A stretch of DNA of 64,000 bases from Cenococcum geophilum (Eukaryota): positions 11,160,001-11,224,000 of the forward strand of contig CP158636.1 in the NCBI GenBank assembly GCA_050273025.1, given 5' to 3'. The position numbers and the translations under genes were made by a program. This document shows, piece by piece, positions 24,266 to 38,248 of the stretch (the first letter of the stretch is position 1; each line of letters opens with the position of its first letter). The notes beneath the pieces are model-generated. The model was not told the DNA's origin, did not search any database, and worked only from the letters and a program-made list of their open reading frames with translations.

Positions 24266-27200
24266 CACCCCCTCAGATCTGACGCAGAGCGGCAGAGCTG
24301 GATTACCGGATTAGGCAGTCGGGATAGACGACCTGGTGGTAAGCTTTGCTATTACCCAAGTATTAATTTATTAGATGTCTGATATTGCGGAGCCCTACCA
24401 CTTTAACAAATTTTTGATGATTTTGCTTTGAGAGAGCTTTAGTTAGTCCGTCTGCAACCATTTCGCTTATTAGTACCCATTGTACGACGAAGCTTCCGTT
24501 TTGGACCTCTTGGCGAAGCCAGAATTAATAGATATCTACGTGTTGGAGCTTTATAGATACCATAGGAGTCTCTTTTATCACGATCCGTACTAACTGCTAA
24601 TTATTATAATTAATAATAACGTCCTGTTCTAGATTAAATCTAATGGCTTTAAAGATCCGAATTATATACTTAACCTCCCTACTAATATAAGAGAGAGCCA
24701 GGAGTTCTGCCTCCGTAGTAGATTTTATAACTGCCTTTTATCTAGTTGCCTGCCATACTATAGGCCCATTAAATAAGCTTATTAAGAACCCCTGTGAGCT
24801 CCGACGTGTTAGAGCATTATTAGCAAAGCTTATATTAGAAGCAGCTTTTAAAACCTGGTTTATCTTATACGGCGTAATAGTAGAGAACTTAAGAGCTAGG
24901 TATCTAGTATTATAGAGATAGGTAAGCAATCTGTTAATCTTCGTAAGATAAGCTGGTAACAGATTTTATAAGAACTTAGCCAGCCTACTAACTAAGAAAG
25001 CAATGTCTGGTTATATAGTAGATGCTGGATATATCGCAGAACCTATATAACGTTAATATCCTTTTATCTAATTTGGCGTAGCTTCTCCCTTATACGGCGT
25101 TAATTTCTGGCCCAATAGTGGTGTAGCTAATAGCTTTAGATATTCTAGATGGTATATTAAGACTAGCTTCTTAAGATACTAATTTAAATAGAGCCAGAGC
25201 TTTCCCTTTTATTAATCTTGTATAATATAAGTGTTTAGGAATAATATAAACTAAGGTATTTAGCGGATCTTAAATCGATCTTATAGCTGCTTTAGGATGT
25301 CCTCCATCTGCTAATAATAGCTTGGGTGTCCTATAATTAGGATGTTGTTAATATAGAAGAATATAAAGATAGGTTCAGTAGGGTAAATATAGAGATACGG
25401 CTTATCTGGTACCGCTTTTAAACCCATGCTTTATAGAGTAGCAGACATTTCTAAAAACCACAATTTAGGAGATTTCCGTAGTCTATATATTACCTTTCTT
25501 AGACAAAAAAAGAATCTAGGTGGTAGGTCTATACCCTTAGGGGGAATAAGGTAGACCTTATTATTAACTAAGGCATTAACGAAGGCGTTAACTGCGTCAA
25601 TCTGTATAATATCTAGGTTAAAGCCAGCGATAAGAGTATAAAGTAAACGGAAGGTTCGATAGGCTGCCGTTATAGCTTTAACCTCCTCTTATAAGACTGC
25701 CTAAAGGTCTCCGCAGACAACTAGACGAGCCTTAAATCTTATAATAAAGCTATCCAAATCTTCCTTATACGTAAAGACCTATATAGTAGGAAGTTAATAG
25801 ACCTTCTTAATTAGTTGTACCTTGTCCTAGGTCTGCTTTCCAGTTAAGGCCTTTATCTCAGTATAAGCAGCTACTTTAAACTCTATAGCGTACTTATAAT
25901 TAAGCATCTCTTTCTATAACCTTAGTGGCGGTAGAAAGTTATTTTAATATCTATATATCTTTATAGCAGTAGTATAGAAAGCGTGAGCCAATAGTATTAT
26001 ATCTGGATTAATAATATTACTATTATTAATTTAAACCGCAAAGGCTTGTTGTTGTAGATCCTAATTTAATATATCTTTCTTCTTTACCATAGACCGCTTT
26101 TTATAGCTAGAACGTCTCTTACCCCCTAATAATAAGCCTGCTGTCGTCTAAGGTTCGGAATAAGGTATAGGATCTATAAACAGTGGTTTGGTAACTTTAG
26201 AAGATAACTAAGTAGTAGATGGTGTCTGTAGCGTAGATGCCGTAGTAAATAGTAATTACTAAGGCGCTAAAGACGCTAATGGTTTAGACGGTTCTGGAGT
26301 TAGCTTTGGGGTAAATAGCTAATAAAGTTCTTCTATTAAGATCTAAATGCTTTTTAATATAGGAGTAACGTTGATATTTGCTAAATGCGGTAGTCTTATA
26401 TCCAGTTCTTTATTAAAGTTCTTTATCTAGTCCTTACTACCATCTTAAAGATTATCTAGTAGGTCCTGGACTTACTAAAAACGGTCCTTTTAAGCCTATA
26501 AGATAATAAGGTGTTCTGGTGTTTTAGGAGATTAATATCTCTTTAACTTATTAATTTATATATTATAAGATCGGATAATATAGTTGGTGATTAGTATCTA
26601 TATTCTATAGATATTTGACGCTTTTATACTAACGAGATAACCTATTTAGGCTTATGGCTTAAACTTTACCTTCCTAGGAATACCGTGTTTAATGAGTATA
26701 TAGGTTAAAAATCCGGCTATATAAAGTCCTACTAGCTACAGCTTCCGTTTATAAAGCATCTTAAATAGGGTCTCCTAGTTAATAGACTTAATAGGAGTTT
26801 AATTAAGTAGGAATACTGCAAGGAGCATAAACTCGGGCCATAGATCTATAGGTAACTTTGCTTCAATAATAGCAGTCCTTGCTTATTTGGAAATGGCTCT
26901 CCCTAACCTCTTTATAGGTCTATTTTGAGCTAGGGTATATAGTATTAATTGCTTAATAATACCTCTGTTAAGCTAGATAAGGTTCTTTACCCTAGCGCCT
27001 ATACCTTGCTCCTTATCTATATGCTAAATACGGATACCTTAAGTATTAAACTTCTTTATAAATGCTGTTATTGATTTAAAGAGTAGGAGTAGTGTCTCTT
27101 GCTTATGGTTCTTAATAGAAAAAATACGGTGGTACTTTATATAGTTATACCAAAAGTAAGCTATATACGTATCTCTATTAAACCCATCTTATTCTATAAT

Positions 27201-29247
27201 AACGTTAAAGTAGACGCGTTTAAAGGGGTAGGTCCCTTTTGCTGATATTCTACAGGATATCTACTATGTTATCTTTCTAAGAATATATGGTTTATAAAGT
27301 AATATACTATACGGAGTTCTTCCTCTGTCCATCTTAACTACTTTAACCCCATCTGCCGTAGTTGGTAGATAATCCACTAACTCTATATTATAGTGTAGTA
27401 AGCGTTAATGCTATACTTTATTATATGCTAAGGTCTTAAATCTAGTAGATATAGTGTAGGTAGTAGGAGTAGGTAGTAAGGTAGTAATGGCATTAATAAG
27501 GTAGAGACCTCTGTATTTTATAAGGTTACCAAATAGGCTTCTATTATCTTTATAGCGCAGATAATTTATAAATTAGTTAATAATTACTCTAATCCTACGG
27601 AGCTTTGCTGCGGATATTAGATTAGTATAAAAATAGGGAGCGTATGCTATATTCCTTAATGTCAGATACTAAGTTAGGCGTTATTTCCCTACCTCTATTG
27701 CTAAGTTAATATTACCGTATCCATGGATTTCTGCTTTAGAATCTTTAGCTATTACTATAGATATACTTGGCTTAAAGTCACGGAAGTATCTAATATTGTT
27801 GCAGAAGTGGGTGTCTACTATAGTATTATACCTTTAGGCATTAATTAAAGACAGATCTAGATAATCCTGTGATGATATTAATAATAAAAAGGATATTATT
27901 ACAGCAGCCGCTGTAGCTTAGGGCCTATTTAGATCCTTAATTTTTTCGGCAGTAAATAAAGCTAATATAGACGTTCTTAACCTAGGACCTTCCTTCTTAA
28001 TCTGCTTAAGCCTCCTATTATAATACTACTTGTTTATTAGGACCTTAAGCCATTCCTAACACTTTCTTAAATACTCGTTATTTGGTATAAAGTTTATACC
28101 TTAAAGAGACTAAAACAGTTACTTATAATTCCTTAACTTATAGGGTAAACCATAAGTAAAGCACTTTGTCTTAGGCGATTAAGAGGGTACTAGGGTAGTA
28201 GACGTCGTAGGATCTATAGCTGGCTGCCCTAAGAGTATAGTATAGGCGTTATGTCTAGTATTTAGATGCTTATAGAGGAGGTTAAATTCCTTAATTATTA
28301 TTGCCATTTTAAGCTTCTCTAACCTCTTCGCTACCTTTTAAATAAAGGTATAATATAGAGCTAGATAGATCTCCTTACAGTCCTAGATAAAGGCTTGTAT
28401 AACGCTGCTCTTCATTACCTCTATTAACCCTTCCTCTAGCTCTTTACTATTCTATATAATAGTGATATAAAGCTAAAGCCATAACTTTAGTGTCTAACAT
28501 TTAGGCCTTTATTTCCGTTTCTTAAGATTATCTAATACCATTTACTGTAACGTAGCTTAAGATAGCTTTACTACCTTCTTTAGCTGTCTTATAATTGAAT
28601 ATAGTGTGGTTAGGTTTTTAAGATACCCTAAGAAGTTAGTGCCTATAGTAGTATGCAAGAGTGCTATAAACGTATAGAGCTTCTCTTCCCGCTTTAGGTA
28701 GTCCTGTTATTAGAGCTTATAGAGCTTAAAGAGCATTCTCTATATCTCTAGAGATTACTAAGGTTATTATCCTTAACTCAATAACCCAGGTGTAGCTATT
28801 CTAGTAGACGCTAGAGTTGCTACTAATGCTGTAGGAGCCGCTACTAGTGCTGCAGAAGCTGCAGGATCCGCTATTAGTGCTGCAGGATCCGCTACAGGTA
28901 CTGCAGGAGCTGCTACTATCGTAGGTATAGCTGGCTTAGTGTTTTACTTAATTTCGTTCTCCGTCTTATCTAGGTTAATATAGTCCTAGATCTTCGCAAA
29001 ACTTACTTCTTAGCGGATAAATTAAAACTATATAGGCCAGTCTTTTTAGGTTAGCAAAAGAGGGTTTATAGAGTCCTTGGTTGCTATAGTGGCTTTTGTT
29101 TTAAGGTTCTTTTAAGGTTATATAAAGAGACGCGCTTACGCATAAAGCACGCGATATTTCGTAACAAACTATGCTCAAAGAGGCTTAGTGGTAGTCGTCT
29201 GGCCACTAAGATCTTGCTGGTGCTTAGAAGGTTACCGGGCTCATAAC

Positions 29248-29450
29248 TGTCAGCCAGGCAGGTATCACGACAAGTGACATTAGCTAGCTGATGGGTAGAG
29301 ACACAGAATTGAATGAGTGATCTGTCTTTTATTTAAGGTGGCTCTAAGAGCCCTAATATACATAAGGAAAATAACCCTAGTTCGACCTTCGGTGTCCGTA
29401 GTCGTTCGGTGTCCGACACCTCAGCAGTAAAGCTACCTCCGTGGCCAACA
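29248..29450 (-). repeat. 5' LTR of Copia element 1
   Basis: 200/203 identical to 24063-24265; PBS adjacent. Confidence 0.95.
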
Positions 29451-29968
29451 TAATTGATGAACACTGGCTCGACGGGAGAGCTAGAGATATATCAGTGATT
29501 TCCTCGACAGGTCTAACCCGATAAGAATTGAGCTAATCATCTGCTGATTTAATCTTGGCCGCATCTAACCCCGCTTTCGTTTCTTCTACCTCCAGCTTAC
29601 ATCTAGTTTTGTAAAAGTGCAGCTTACCCTTACCAGTCAGGTACCGTAACTAACTTATCGTTACGCAGCCCGAGCTTTTGCCTAAACTACCATCCACTAG
29701 CCCGCCCTCAGCCAATCAGCTCTCTTAAATTCTCAGCCTCACTGCAAGTTGTCCGGCTCGAAAATGCAGGTCGGAGGACCCAACTACGTGTATTTAATTG
29801 CCTAAAATGAGCACGTGGTCTAAGGAGCTCAATCGCGGCGCAATTTCCGGGCACAGCTCGGCGAGAGCTAAGTTGAATTGCGCAGGGCAAAGCAGAAGAG
29901 ATGCATTAAGTGGCGTCCACGTCCTCTTCCCTCGAGGAAAAGCGCGAATCCAAAAACAAGCTGCTAAC

Positions 29969-32183
29969 ATGCTCTTCAAAGCGCTCCTCCTCAACATCAT
30001 CACCACCTCCAGATCGGCGGTCATTCCCTTGGCAAATATGCCCGCATTGTCAGAAAAGAGACCGTTTCAAATACATCATATGATTTCGTTATAGCTGGAG
30101 GAGGTATAGCGGGTCTCACAGTCGCCGATCGCCTAACTGAGGACTCAAAAGGTGGGTTTGCTGCTGATGAATTTTCACTAAGGTTCATGCCCTCAAATCT
30201 TATCTATAGTATCTTTTCTTGTAGTGGAATATGGCCCTTTTGACCAAGGAGAGGCAACTGTTCTTATCCCTGGTGCCTACAACCCCTTCTCTTATTTATG
30301 GCAAAAAATCTTCGGTACTCCTCAGGCTGAACTGAACAATGTAACATTATTTGCTCCAATGGGAGCAGTCGTTAGTAGTGGCTCCACGGTGAACACCGTG
30401 TTCTTCGTCCGTTGCGCGAAAGAAGACTATAGTTCGTGGGAGTCACTAGAAGGCAATGCATGGGGATGGGATGGTTTACCTTACTTTAAGAAAGTAAGAC
30501 ATAGACACCTTTGATACCTGTTGCCATATTTACAAATATCGAAGTGAGAACTTCACAAGGCCGGATCCGTCATTGGCCAGAGATTACAACATCCCTTGGG
30601 CTGATGCAGTACATGGTTTCAGCGGACCAGTCCAGGCAAGTTATTCTCCATTTAACTACGCAGGGGACAGTATGCACATCTTTCTCTCAATATGGATGCT
30701 CTTGTGCCGACCCAATATTTATAGAAAACTTCTAGAATGCGACCACAACAGTTGGCATAAAGGAAGCAACAGATCCAAACGACGGTGGTGCTATTGGACT
30801 CTTCTGGCTCTTGAAGGCGCTAGACCCGCGTAACGAAACTCGATCCTATGCACGCATTGCGCATTATGATAGGGTGATAGGCTCGTGGCCTAGCTATCAT
30901 CTCTTGGCTGAGCATGATGTTAGTAAGGTATTCTTGAAAGAGAAGAAGACGATTGGGATCAAGTACATATCCCGTAATACTGGAGAAATTGGTAACGTCA
31001 CGGCCAAAAAGGAAGTCATGGTAGCAGCTAGCGCTATGCATGCGCCCCGGATCCTCCACCTTTCCGGAATTATGCCAAAAGCGTATCTCCAGAATTTGAG
31101 GATTGATACAATTGCGGATCTTCCTGGAGTCGGGCAAAATCCCAGGATCATGACTCTTGACATCAATTATAGTTGTGCGTATCCGTTCCGCAGATCTTTA
31201 GTGTAGGAATTTTCCGACGGGTTTCGATATGCTCCCACAGTGACGTTTGGCCATTTCATCCTCTTCAAAGTACTCTCGTTGCCATTACTGAAATACCCCC
31301 CAATCACAGTTCAATCCAATATCGAGCCTAACGCTGGCACCCTGTTATCCAATACAATCTCCGACGCGGAAAAACTTGCACTTTACGAATCCTCGCGGCA
31401 AGGCGCATACACATTGACTCGGCAGACGGCAAACGTTTTCATCCAGTTGCCTCTGGGGAACGCGACATCGAAATACGCCTCAATCGTGAACCTCGCCCGA
31501 TTCGAGGACCCAGCAAGCTTCCTCCCGTCAAGCACCGACTCACTGTCCTTACAGGTTACGTCGCGCAGCGAAACATCCTCGCTCAGAAACACGGCCTCTT
31601 CAGCGCGCCCGTCGGCAGCATCAGCTGGAACACTGGCCTGACACCACCATCTACATGGTCAAGCCGTTCAGCCGAGCCTCCATCACGCTCAACACGACGG
31701 ACCCGCTGGCGAACCCGCTCATCGACTTCGGCTCGCTCACGGACCCCATCGATCTCGAGGTCGTCCTCGCCCTGTTCCGCAAGAACAGGGAACTGATGGC
31801 CACACCGCCGATGCAAGTCCTCGGGCCAACCGAGCTGAGTCTCGGAGCCAACCTGACCACCGACGCGCAGTTGAAAACGGTGTCGAGGGGCCTGATAGGG
31901 CCGCCTAATGCGCATATATACTGTACGGCTGCTATGATGAAACGGGAGCTTGGCGGCGTGGTGGATGATGAATTGAGGGTTTATGGCGTGACGGGGTTGC
32001 GGGTTGCGGGTGCGAGCGTGTTTTCATTGACCCCGGGGAGTGGGCCGCAGGCGACGGTTTATGCCATGGCGGAAAAGGTATGTGGGAACTTCCTGGCTGC
32101 ATATGACAAGGAGTGATACCAATGAATTTAATTCAAAGCCTACGGATACTATTAAGAAGCAGTATGGTATTACGGCGGCTTAG
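29969..32183 (+). pseudogene. Secreted GMC oxidoreductase (AA3) pseudogene
   Basis: YDFVIAGGGIAGLTVADRL, SSGSTVN, PYFKK, DLPGVGQN, VKPFSRASI, GGVVDDELRVYGVTGLRV, QATVYAMAEK. Frameshifts after the signal peptide and near 31140, 31540 and 31600, and conserved motifs are eroded. Confidence 0.85.
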
Positions 32184-32296
32184 CTTAACCCCTGAATCGG
32201 ATGGTGAGCAAGTATAATGGACCGCTTTACAGCGAGCACATGAAGGTTGGTCTAGTAGATGAAGTCCAGCCAGCTCATTTGACGCGTATGATAAAC

Positions 32297-32716
32297 TTAG
32301 CTATCAGATACCTGGTGATCACGGCACGTAGCCCAAAGTGATAACTCATAGCTTTTTCGCGCAAAAGCATTTGCATAGCCTGCCTCAAACCAGGCTATCA
32401 AGCCAAAGATGAAGACAACAACGAATCTCGTAATAGTAGATATTGGTCTCATGAATGAAACGAAAGCATTTCCGCGTTCTTTTGGTGCATTGATAGAAGA
32501 AGATCCGCCTGGTGAGGCTGCTGGACTAGCCGAGACATCGCTAGTGCTTGGCGTTTCGGTAGTAGTAGGGGCTGTCTCCGTTGAAGAGGCTAAAGGCGGT
32601 GATGAGGAGCTTGATCCAGAGTCTGATTGAGCGGTTATAGCAGTATTAGGCGGACCAGACCCAGGTGCCCGTGAGGGTTGGATATTCTCCAAGGAAATCG
32701 CAGAGCTATCGGCCAT
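32297..32716 (-). CDS. Hypothetical Ser/Pro/Thr-rich protein with one transmembrane segment (possibly first exon or remnant)
   Basis: 139-aa ORF with a low-complexity N-terminus and hydrophobic FVVVFIFGLIAWF. A possible GTATCT donor lies near the 3' end. Confidence 0.35.
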   Translation of the reverse strand: MADSSAISLENIQPSRAPGSGPPNTAITAQSDSGSSSSSPPLASSTETAPTTTETPSTSDVSASPAASPGGSSSINAPKERGNAFVSFMRPISTITRFVVVFIFGLIAWFEAGYANAFARKSYELSLWATCRDHQVSDS

Positions 32717-33663
32717 CGAGATGAGTCCTACTTGATAGTTTCATTACAGCAGTAAAGGATTTGAGCTGAGTTGAAATAGGCCCCCTGAATGCACCCTTGT
32801 CAAGCCATTCACGTCAGCATATGGGGACTTTCTGTCTGAGGCCACCGCAGGGCTGGCCATCAATACCGGCAACTTTAGATAGACACCCAGAGATTTTTAC
32901 GCAGTCATCGCCGGTGGAATATTACCTATCTGAATATTATGCTAGGTATTAGTGGTTACCTAATGGGTAGGGAAATCTTGCTTTCATAAAAAATGCAATT
33001 TGGTGGATTCAGGGGCAACCAGAGACATCACACCTTGCGCCTCTGAAACCACGCTGGAAGCATTGAGCACGTGACTAGATATCGTTGGAGATTTTCACAC
33101 TACAAATACATTTACATATAGAGCACTCAAATAGTTTGGACCCCTGCTTATCCAACGAGAACGTGGTCTGTGCGCGAACACCAGAATCAAAAGTACGTGT
33201 ATGGTCACGGAGCCTTGATCTAATTGATTCTATTGGCCAGCTCTTATCGATAACAGTTGGACACAAACCAGCGTTGGAAGGGATAGACAGGCCTGCACTG
33301 ATTGGAAACAGTGTTGAGGAAGATGGAATTTCCAACCGCTTGAGATAAAACCCGTATACGTAGTCATATTATGCACAGAGGTAATCGGACTAGGAGATCT
33401 CATCGCAGCCTTTCCAGTAGTTTGTCGAAATAAGCCATGAAATCGCCGTGGAGCTCTCGGTTAATGGCCCAGAAATTTAGAGCGATACAAACCGATAGCT
33501 CGGGCCGAGGGCGGACCAAGCAACCAGCATTCCCCACAGCAGCTACATACGTCAACTTGCGCACACATCGCCAACATGTGACGAAGCAGTAAACAACACG
33601 AGCCGTCTCTCTGTTTCCTCATTTCTCTTTGCATAAGCCCTGGCTGAGCCATCTAATACCGCA

Positions 33664-35072
33664 ATGTCCTCCGCTCTCCGCGCCCCGCTTGGCTCCGCCG
33701 CCCGCTCACTTCCGCGAGCACAGCAAAGACTCGCCACTATCCAGCGTCAATTCAGCACATTACGGCCGGCGCAGAAGGAAATACGGGATGCATACGTTCT
33801 CAGCGCCTCAAGAACACCTACGGGAGTCGTAAGTCTTCCTGTAGTCTTCCGGAGCCCTCTTTGCTCACTCCAATAGTTCAATGGTGCCTTCACAACCGTC
33901 CCCGCCCCCCAACTCGGCGCTACCGCAATCAAGTCCGTGCTGGAGAAATCCAAAGTGCCAGTCTCAAAGATAGATGCTGTGCATATGGGAAACGTGCTCG
34001 CCGCCGGCATGGGGCAAGCTCCCGCTCGACAAGCCTCCATCTTCGCTGGCCTTCCTACCTCGGTCGAAGCCACAACAGTGAACAAAGTATGCGCATCGGG
34101 TCTCAAAGCCGTCACAATCGCTGCGAGCACAATCCAGCTGGGCCAGGCCGAAGCACAAGTAGCTGGCGGGTTTGAGAATATGACGAGGGTGCCGTATTAC
34201 CTCAATCGGGCAAGCCAGCAGCCGGCATTTGGCGAGCAGAAGCTGGTCGATGGGCTAGTTGGAGATGGTCTGTGGGATGTGTATAATCAGATCCATATGG
34301 GGAACTGCGCGGAGAACACGGCTAAGAAATACGGCATCTCTCGGGAAGAGCAGGACGAGTTCGCCATTCTCACATACAAGCGCGCGCAAGAGGCCTGGGC
34401 TGCTGGACTGTTCAAGGATGAGGTCGTGCCGGTGACTGTGAAGACTAAGAAGGGCGAAGTGGTGGTTTCAGAGGACGAAGGATATAACAAATTGAAGCTC
34501 GAGAAGGTGCCCACGCTGAAGCCTGCGTTTGTGAGGGATGGAACTGGGAGTGTCACTGCTGCGAATAGCTCCTCATTCAACGATGGTGCATCAGCACTTG
34601 TGCTAGGAAGCAAGGAAATTGCAAAGCAGTACGGCAGTGATAGCCGTGTTCTCGCACGTATCGTCGCGTACGCTGATGCTGCAATTGGTTCGTATATTCA
34701 AGCCCCTCCTTAGAGTCTTGCTAATTTAGAATAGATCCCATTGATTTCCCAGTTGCACCTGCCACAGCGGTAGAGAAACTCCTCGCCCAGTCCGGCCTCC
34801 AGAAGTCTGATATCAGTGTTTGGGAGTTCAACGAGGCCTTCGCCGCAGTCATCAAAGCCAACGCCAAGATTCTGGGTCTTGGGGTCGAGAACGTTAACCC
34901 CAGAGGCGGCGCCATCGCACTCGGACATGCACTCGGCAGCTCGGGCAGCAGGATCCTTGTTACTCTGCTACACCAACTTAAAGTGGGTCAGTATGGCCTT
35001 GCGGCGATCTGCAATGGGGGCGGTGCAGCGACAGGAATTATTGTACAGAGAGTCTCGCCAGATGACTTATAA
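33664..35072 (+). CDS. ERG10: Acetyl-CoA C-acetyltransferase (thiolase II), mitochondrial presequence, 3 exons
   Basis: Arg/Ser-rich N-terminus, [35 protein letters not shown]. Introns about 33829-33875 and 34688-34734. Confidence 0.93.
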
Positions 35073-36019
35073 GGCAATTCTCTCAAGTAAATAATAAAAT
35101 GAGATACTTCTCTTGATAAGCTATCGGAGGGACATTTACATGTATATATGGGAAAATGTATCTCACAAAATTCATAGCCCCTAATTTAGCCCTGGTGTGA
35201 GGAGCAACCATTTTGAGTTTCACAGTCCCTCCCTGAACAGCTAACACGCATGTTGGATTAGGAAAATAACCCTATCTGAACCGTTCATGCGACAGACCAA
35301 ACAAAGCGGTGTAAGCACAGCCCAGAAGTCTAAGTTCAAGGTGATTTTCCTGTTCATCCTCTTCCTACTTTGCTATCATTCCACACAAAAGCTCAAGACT
35401 CCTAAGCAAGAACTAGACGGAGCAGAAAAAAAGTCTATTTACTGAACGTGTCATCAAGCGCAAGACCTGTGGATTTTATGAATTTTCTATCCCAAATGAA
35501 GGTCAGAAGCAACTCAATTAACACTCTACTAATCATTTCTATAAGTATTTGACTTTTTGCAACTCAAGGTCCTGCAGGCATTGAAGGAGTTTTACCAGAA
35601 AAATTGGGTTCAAACAAGCATGTCATAGCAATAATGGTACGAAAATCATGAGGTCTACCCCGCCATATCTGCAATATTCTGATGGCGGTACGATTAATTT
35701 GCACTGCATCGGTATGTTGACTTTTTTGAGCTTACGCTAATAGCATCGCAAGTTTAGACGCCTCTGAACCCCCATATTATGCTTAACAACGGTATCCTGC
35801 CTCTCCTTAATAGCTGCAAATATAGTGAACGAGAGGTTGGGCTATAATCTCACAAGGTACAATGGACGCGGAAATACTTCTCTTCACATGTAAGCTTTTG
35901 CAGTGTGGGAAATAAATAAGCGACTTGATTGTAAAATGTAGCTCTAGAGCCTCTCTATATACACGAGGAAGACACAGGTAATAAGATGAAAGGGGAGACT
36001 ACTACGTGACTAAAACAGC

Positions 36020-36077
36020 GTGATACGTAAGTGATACGCAGGCGATACGCAGTCGATGCGCAGGTGATACGCAGGTG
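36020..36077. repeat. Short 11-bp tandem repeat (GTGATACGCAG), about 5 imperfect copies
   Basis: gtgatacgtaa gtgatacgcag gcgatacgcag tcgatgcgcag gtgatacgcag. Confidence 0.7.
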
Positions 36078-37600
36078 TTTTGGCATAGTACCGGTAGTCG
36101 GTTACATCACATATCGGGACGGCCACCACTAATGCAGCGGAGCTAGTTTTGGGAATTGATTTGAATTGCTTCAGTGTAAATACTTGGTTTCAGAAGAGAG
36201 AAGGGAAATGGTCGTGGGCGAGGGCGAGCTGTTGTCTCATAATTGCTTCAAGACTGCCATGCAGTGTCTTCACTTCAACGTCAAAGGTGTTGTCTATGGA
36301 ACTCCACAGCCGTAACCCGGAGAATGGAAAGCATCATGGGCTTTCGTGCTCTTTGTGTGTTTTGTCTAATGGGTCCGAGAAGTTTTCTAGATGAGAGTAT
36401 AGCAGGGGCAACTGGTTTCACTGCTCCCTAGGTATTGGCCATGTGAAGAACTTAAGTGGTCAAGTGATAGATACTTTCTAGCCTGCAAAAATCTCGGGGA
36501 ACGAATGAGGGAGCATGTTAGACGATTCTCGTGAGTCAGTATGACTGTTGAAGACCTTCCAGATGGAGAGGAAGAAGGGCACATAAGCAGACCATCGCGT
36601 GGAGCAGTGAGCTTTAGATTTCGATTCAGAATACACTGTAGGTGCTACTCTCTTCATCGTTTGACTGGGTGAGTATGCAGCCTAGTCACATGCGAACACA
36701 CCTCCGGCCTGAGGGGACTTCCGAAATCGCACTCCGAACGAATTTTTTCAATCTTGCATATCCGATGCCAACCAACAGATCGGAAAGTTACTAATGTCAA
36801 TTGGCTGTCTCTCTTATTACATCAGAAAGACATTGAACTGCGGTGAAAGCTTGCCTAGATTAGCTTGCATTGTGAGATTGTGGGGGTTCTCAGCCCTATT
36901 TCGCTTGGCGTTGGAGTTCTTCCCCGGCGGCTCCAATTTCCTGGTTGACTACGGGATACCTTTTACGGTTGGGGCAGCGTTCTAGAACCCTTAGGAGGCT
37001 CAGAGTAATGCTGAGGCTCAGAGGTTGGGATTCGGATTTGCCATCTGCGAATTTTGAGCAACCCAGGCACCTGTGAGCAGAGAGACCAGCCTATAATTGG
37101 GCTTGGGGATTAGATGATAGAATGACAGCAGCGGGATATAGGGCAAAAAACCGAGCTAGCGTTAGGGTCGATGAACCCCAACGATTGATATCTTCATATG
37201 TACAGATGACAGCGGACAAGACGGGGGCGAGAGCTGAAATCTGGTATTACGAACATGCGGTAAAACATGAAACAATCAAGTCACAGATTTTTACACCCTG
37301 TCTCCTCCAATTTGACAGCGAATGTAACTTTACGCGTACTGCGGTAGTGGTTATCAGAGCACCATAGAATGATTCTCTCGCCACAATTGAAAGCGGCATT
37401 TGTATCAGAGCGCAGGATGTAGGCTGAATGCTGTGGTGTGGCAGTAACACGCTCCCACATAAGCGATATGGTCGAGATAAAGGCAGTGGCTGGAACCGTC
37501 AGCGTTTCGTGGTGATCAATCCAAGATTGACTCCTGGCTTTTCCGGATATGCATTGAACCGTGGGGCGCCATCGGTATCACTATCAGAGCTTTTGCGTTA

Positions 37601-38017
37601 GAAGTCTGTCCCACCTTGTGCACGGTCCCACCTCGTGCACAGCACCAAAATACGTCTTTTTGGAATACTTATATCTTAATAACCATAATACCTATTTATA
37701 TAAAATTGTAAATATAGCTTACCAAATAGTAAGAAAAGCATTTTATAAAATAAAAATATAAAAATAATATAATTTATAGTATAATATGAAAGAATATCAC
37801 TTTTATATAGGTTAAAAAATAAAAAGTATTATATAAGGTCTAATTTAAAAAAAAAAAATTTATAAAAAGCTTTTCTTACTATTTGATAAACTATATTTAG
37901 AATTTTATATAAATAGATATTATGGTTATTAAGATATAAGCATTTTAAAAAGACGTATTTTGCATAATTTTGGTGCCGTGCACGAGGTGGGACCGTGCAT
38001 GAGGTGGGACAGACTTC
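37601..38017. mobile_element. Foldback MITE (417 bp) with about 150-bp inverted arms and AT-rich core
   Basis: GAAGTCTGTCCCACCT.. / ..AGGTGGGACAGACTTC termini, TA on both flanks, and a doubled GTCCCACCT.GTGCAC motif in each arm. Confidence 0.85.
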
Positions 38018-38248
38018 TATAAAAACCCCTACAACAGCCGCAACGAGGCAACGGAAAGAGAAGAAATTTTCGCGTTTTTTGGGTGCAGCTTCTATACAGT
38101 TACCCGTGACTATCCGCAGAAGTTGGTGGCTTTGAAAGATAATAGCAGCTGCAGGAAAGTATCCCGATAGCTGTATCGCCGTATCGCAGTGTTCCTGGTT
38201 CCTGTGTCATTGTATCGTCGGTCGCACTGGCTTTTAGGTAATCGCACA

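Larger units (their letters stand above)
24063..29450 (-). mobile_element. Full-length Ty1/Copia LTR retrotransposon, RIP-inactivated
   Basis: 203-bp TG..CA LTRs at 24063-24265 and 29248-29450, and a 5-bp TSD TAATT. PBS GTTATGAGCCC lies next to the 5' LTR and PPT GAGGGGGTG next to the 3' LTR. Degenerate gag-PR-IN-RT-RNaseH order on the minus strand (FKARLVV, RRSSQGFLISLFNGPIVW). Confidence 0.95.

Noticed and set aside
35100..37600. Short ORFs between thiolase and carbonic anhydrase
   Set aside because: No recognisable motifs or consistent exon structure; treated as intergenic.
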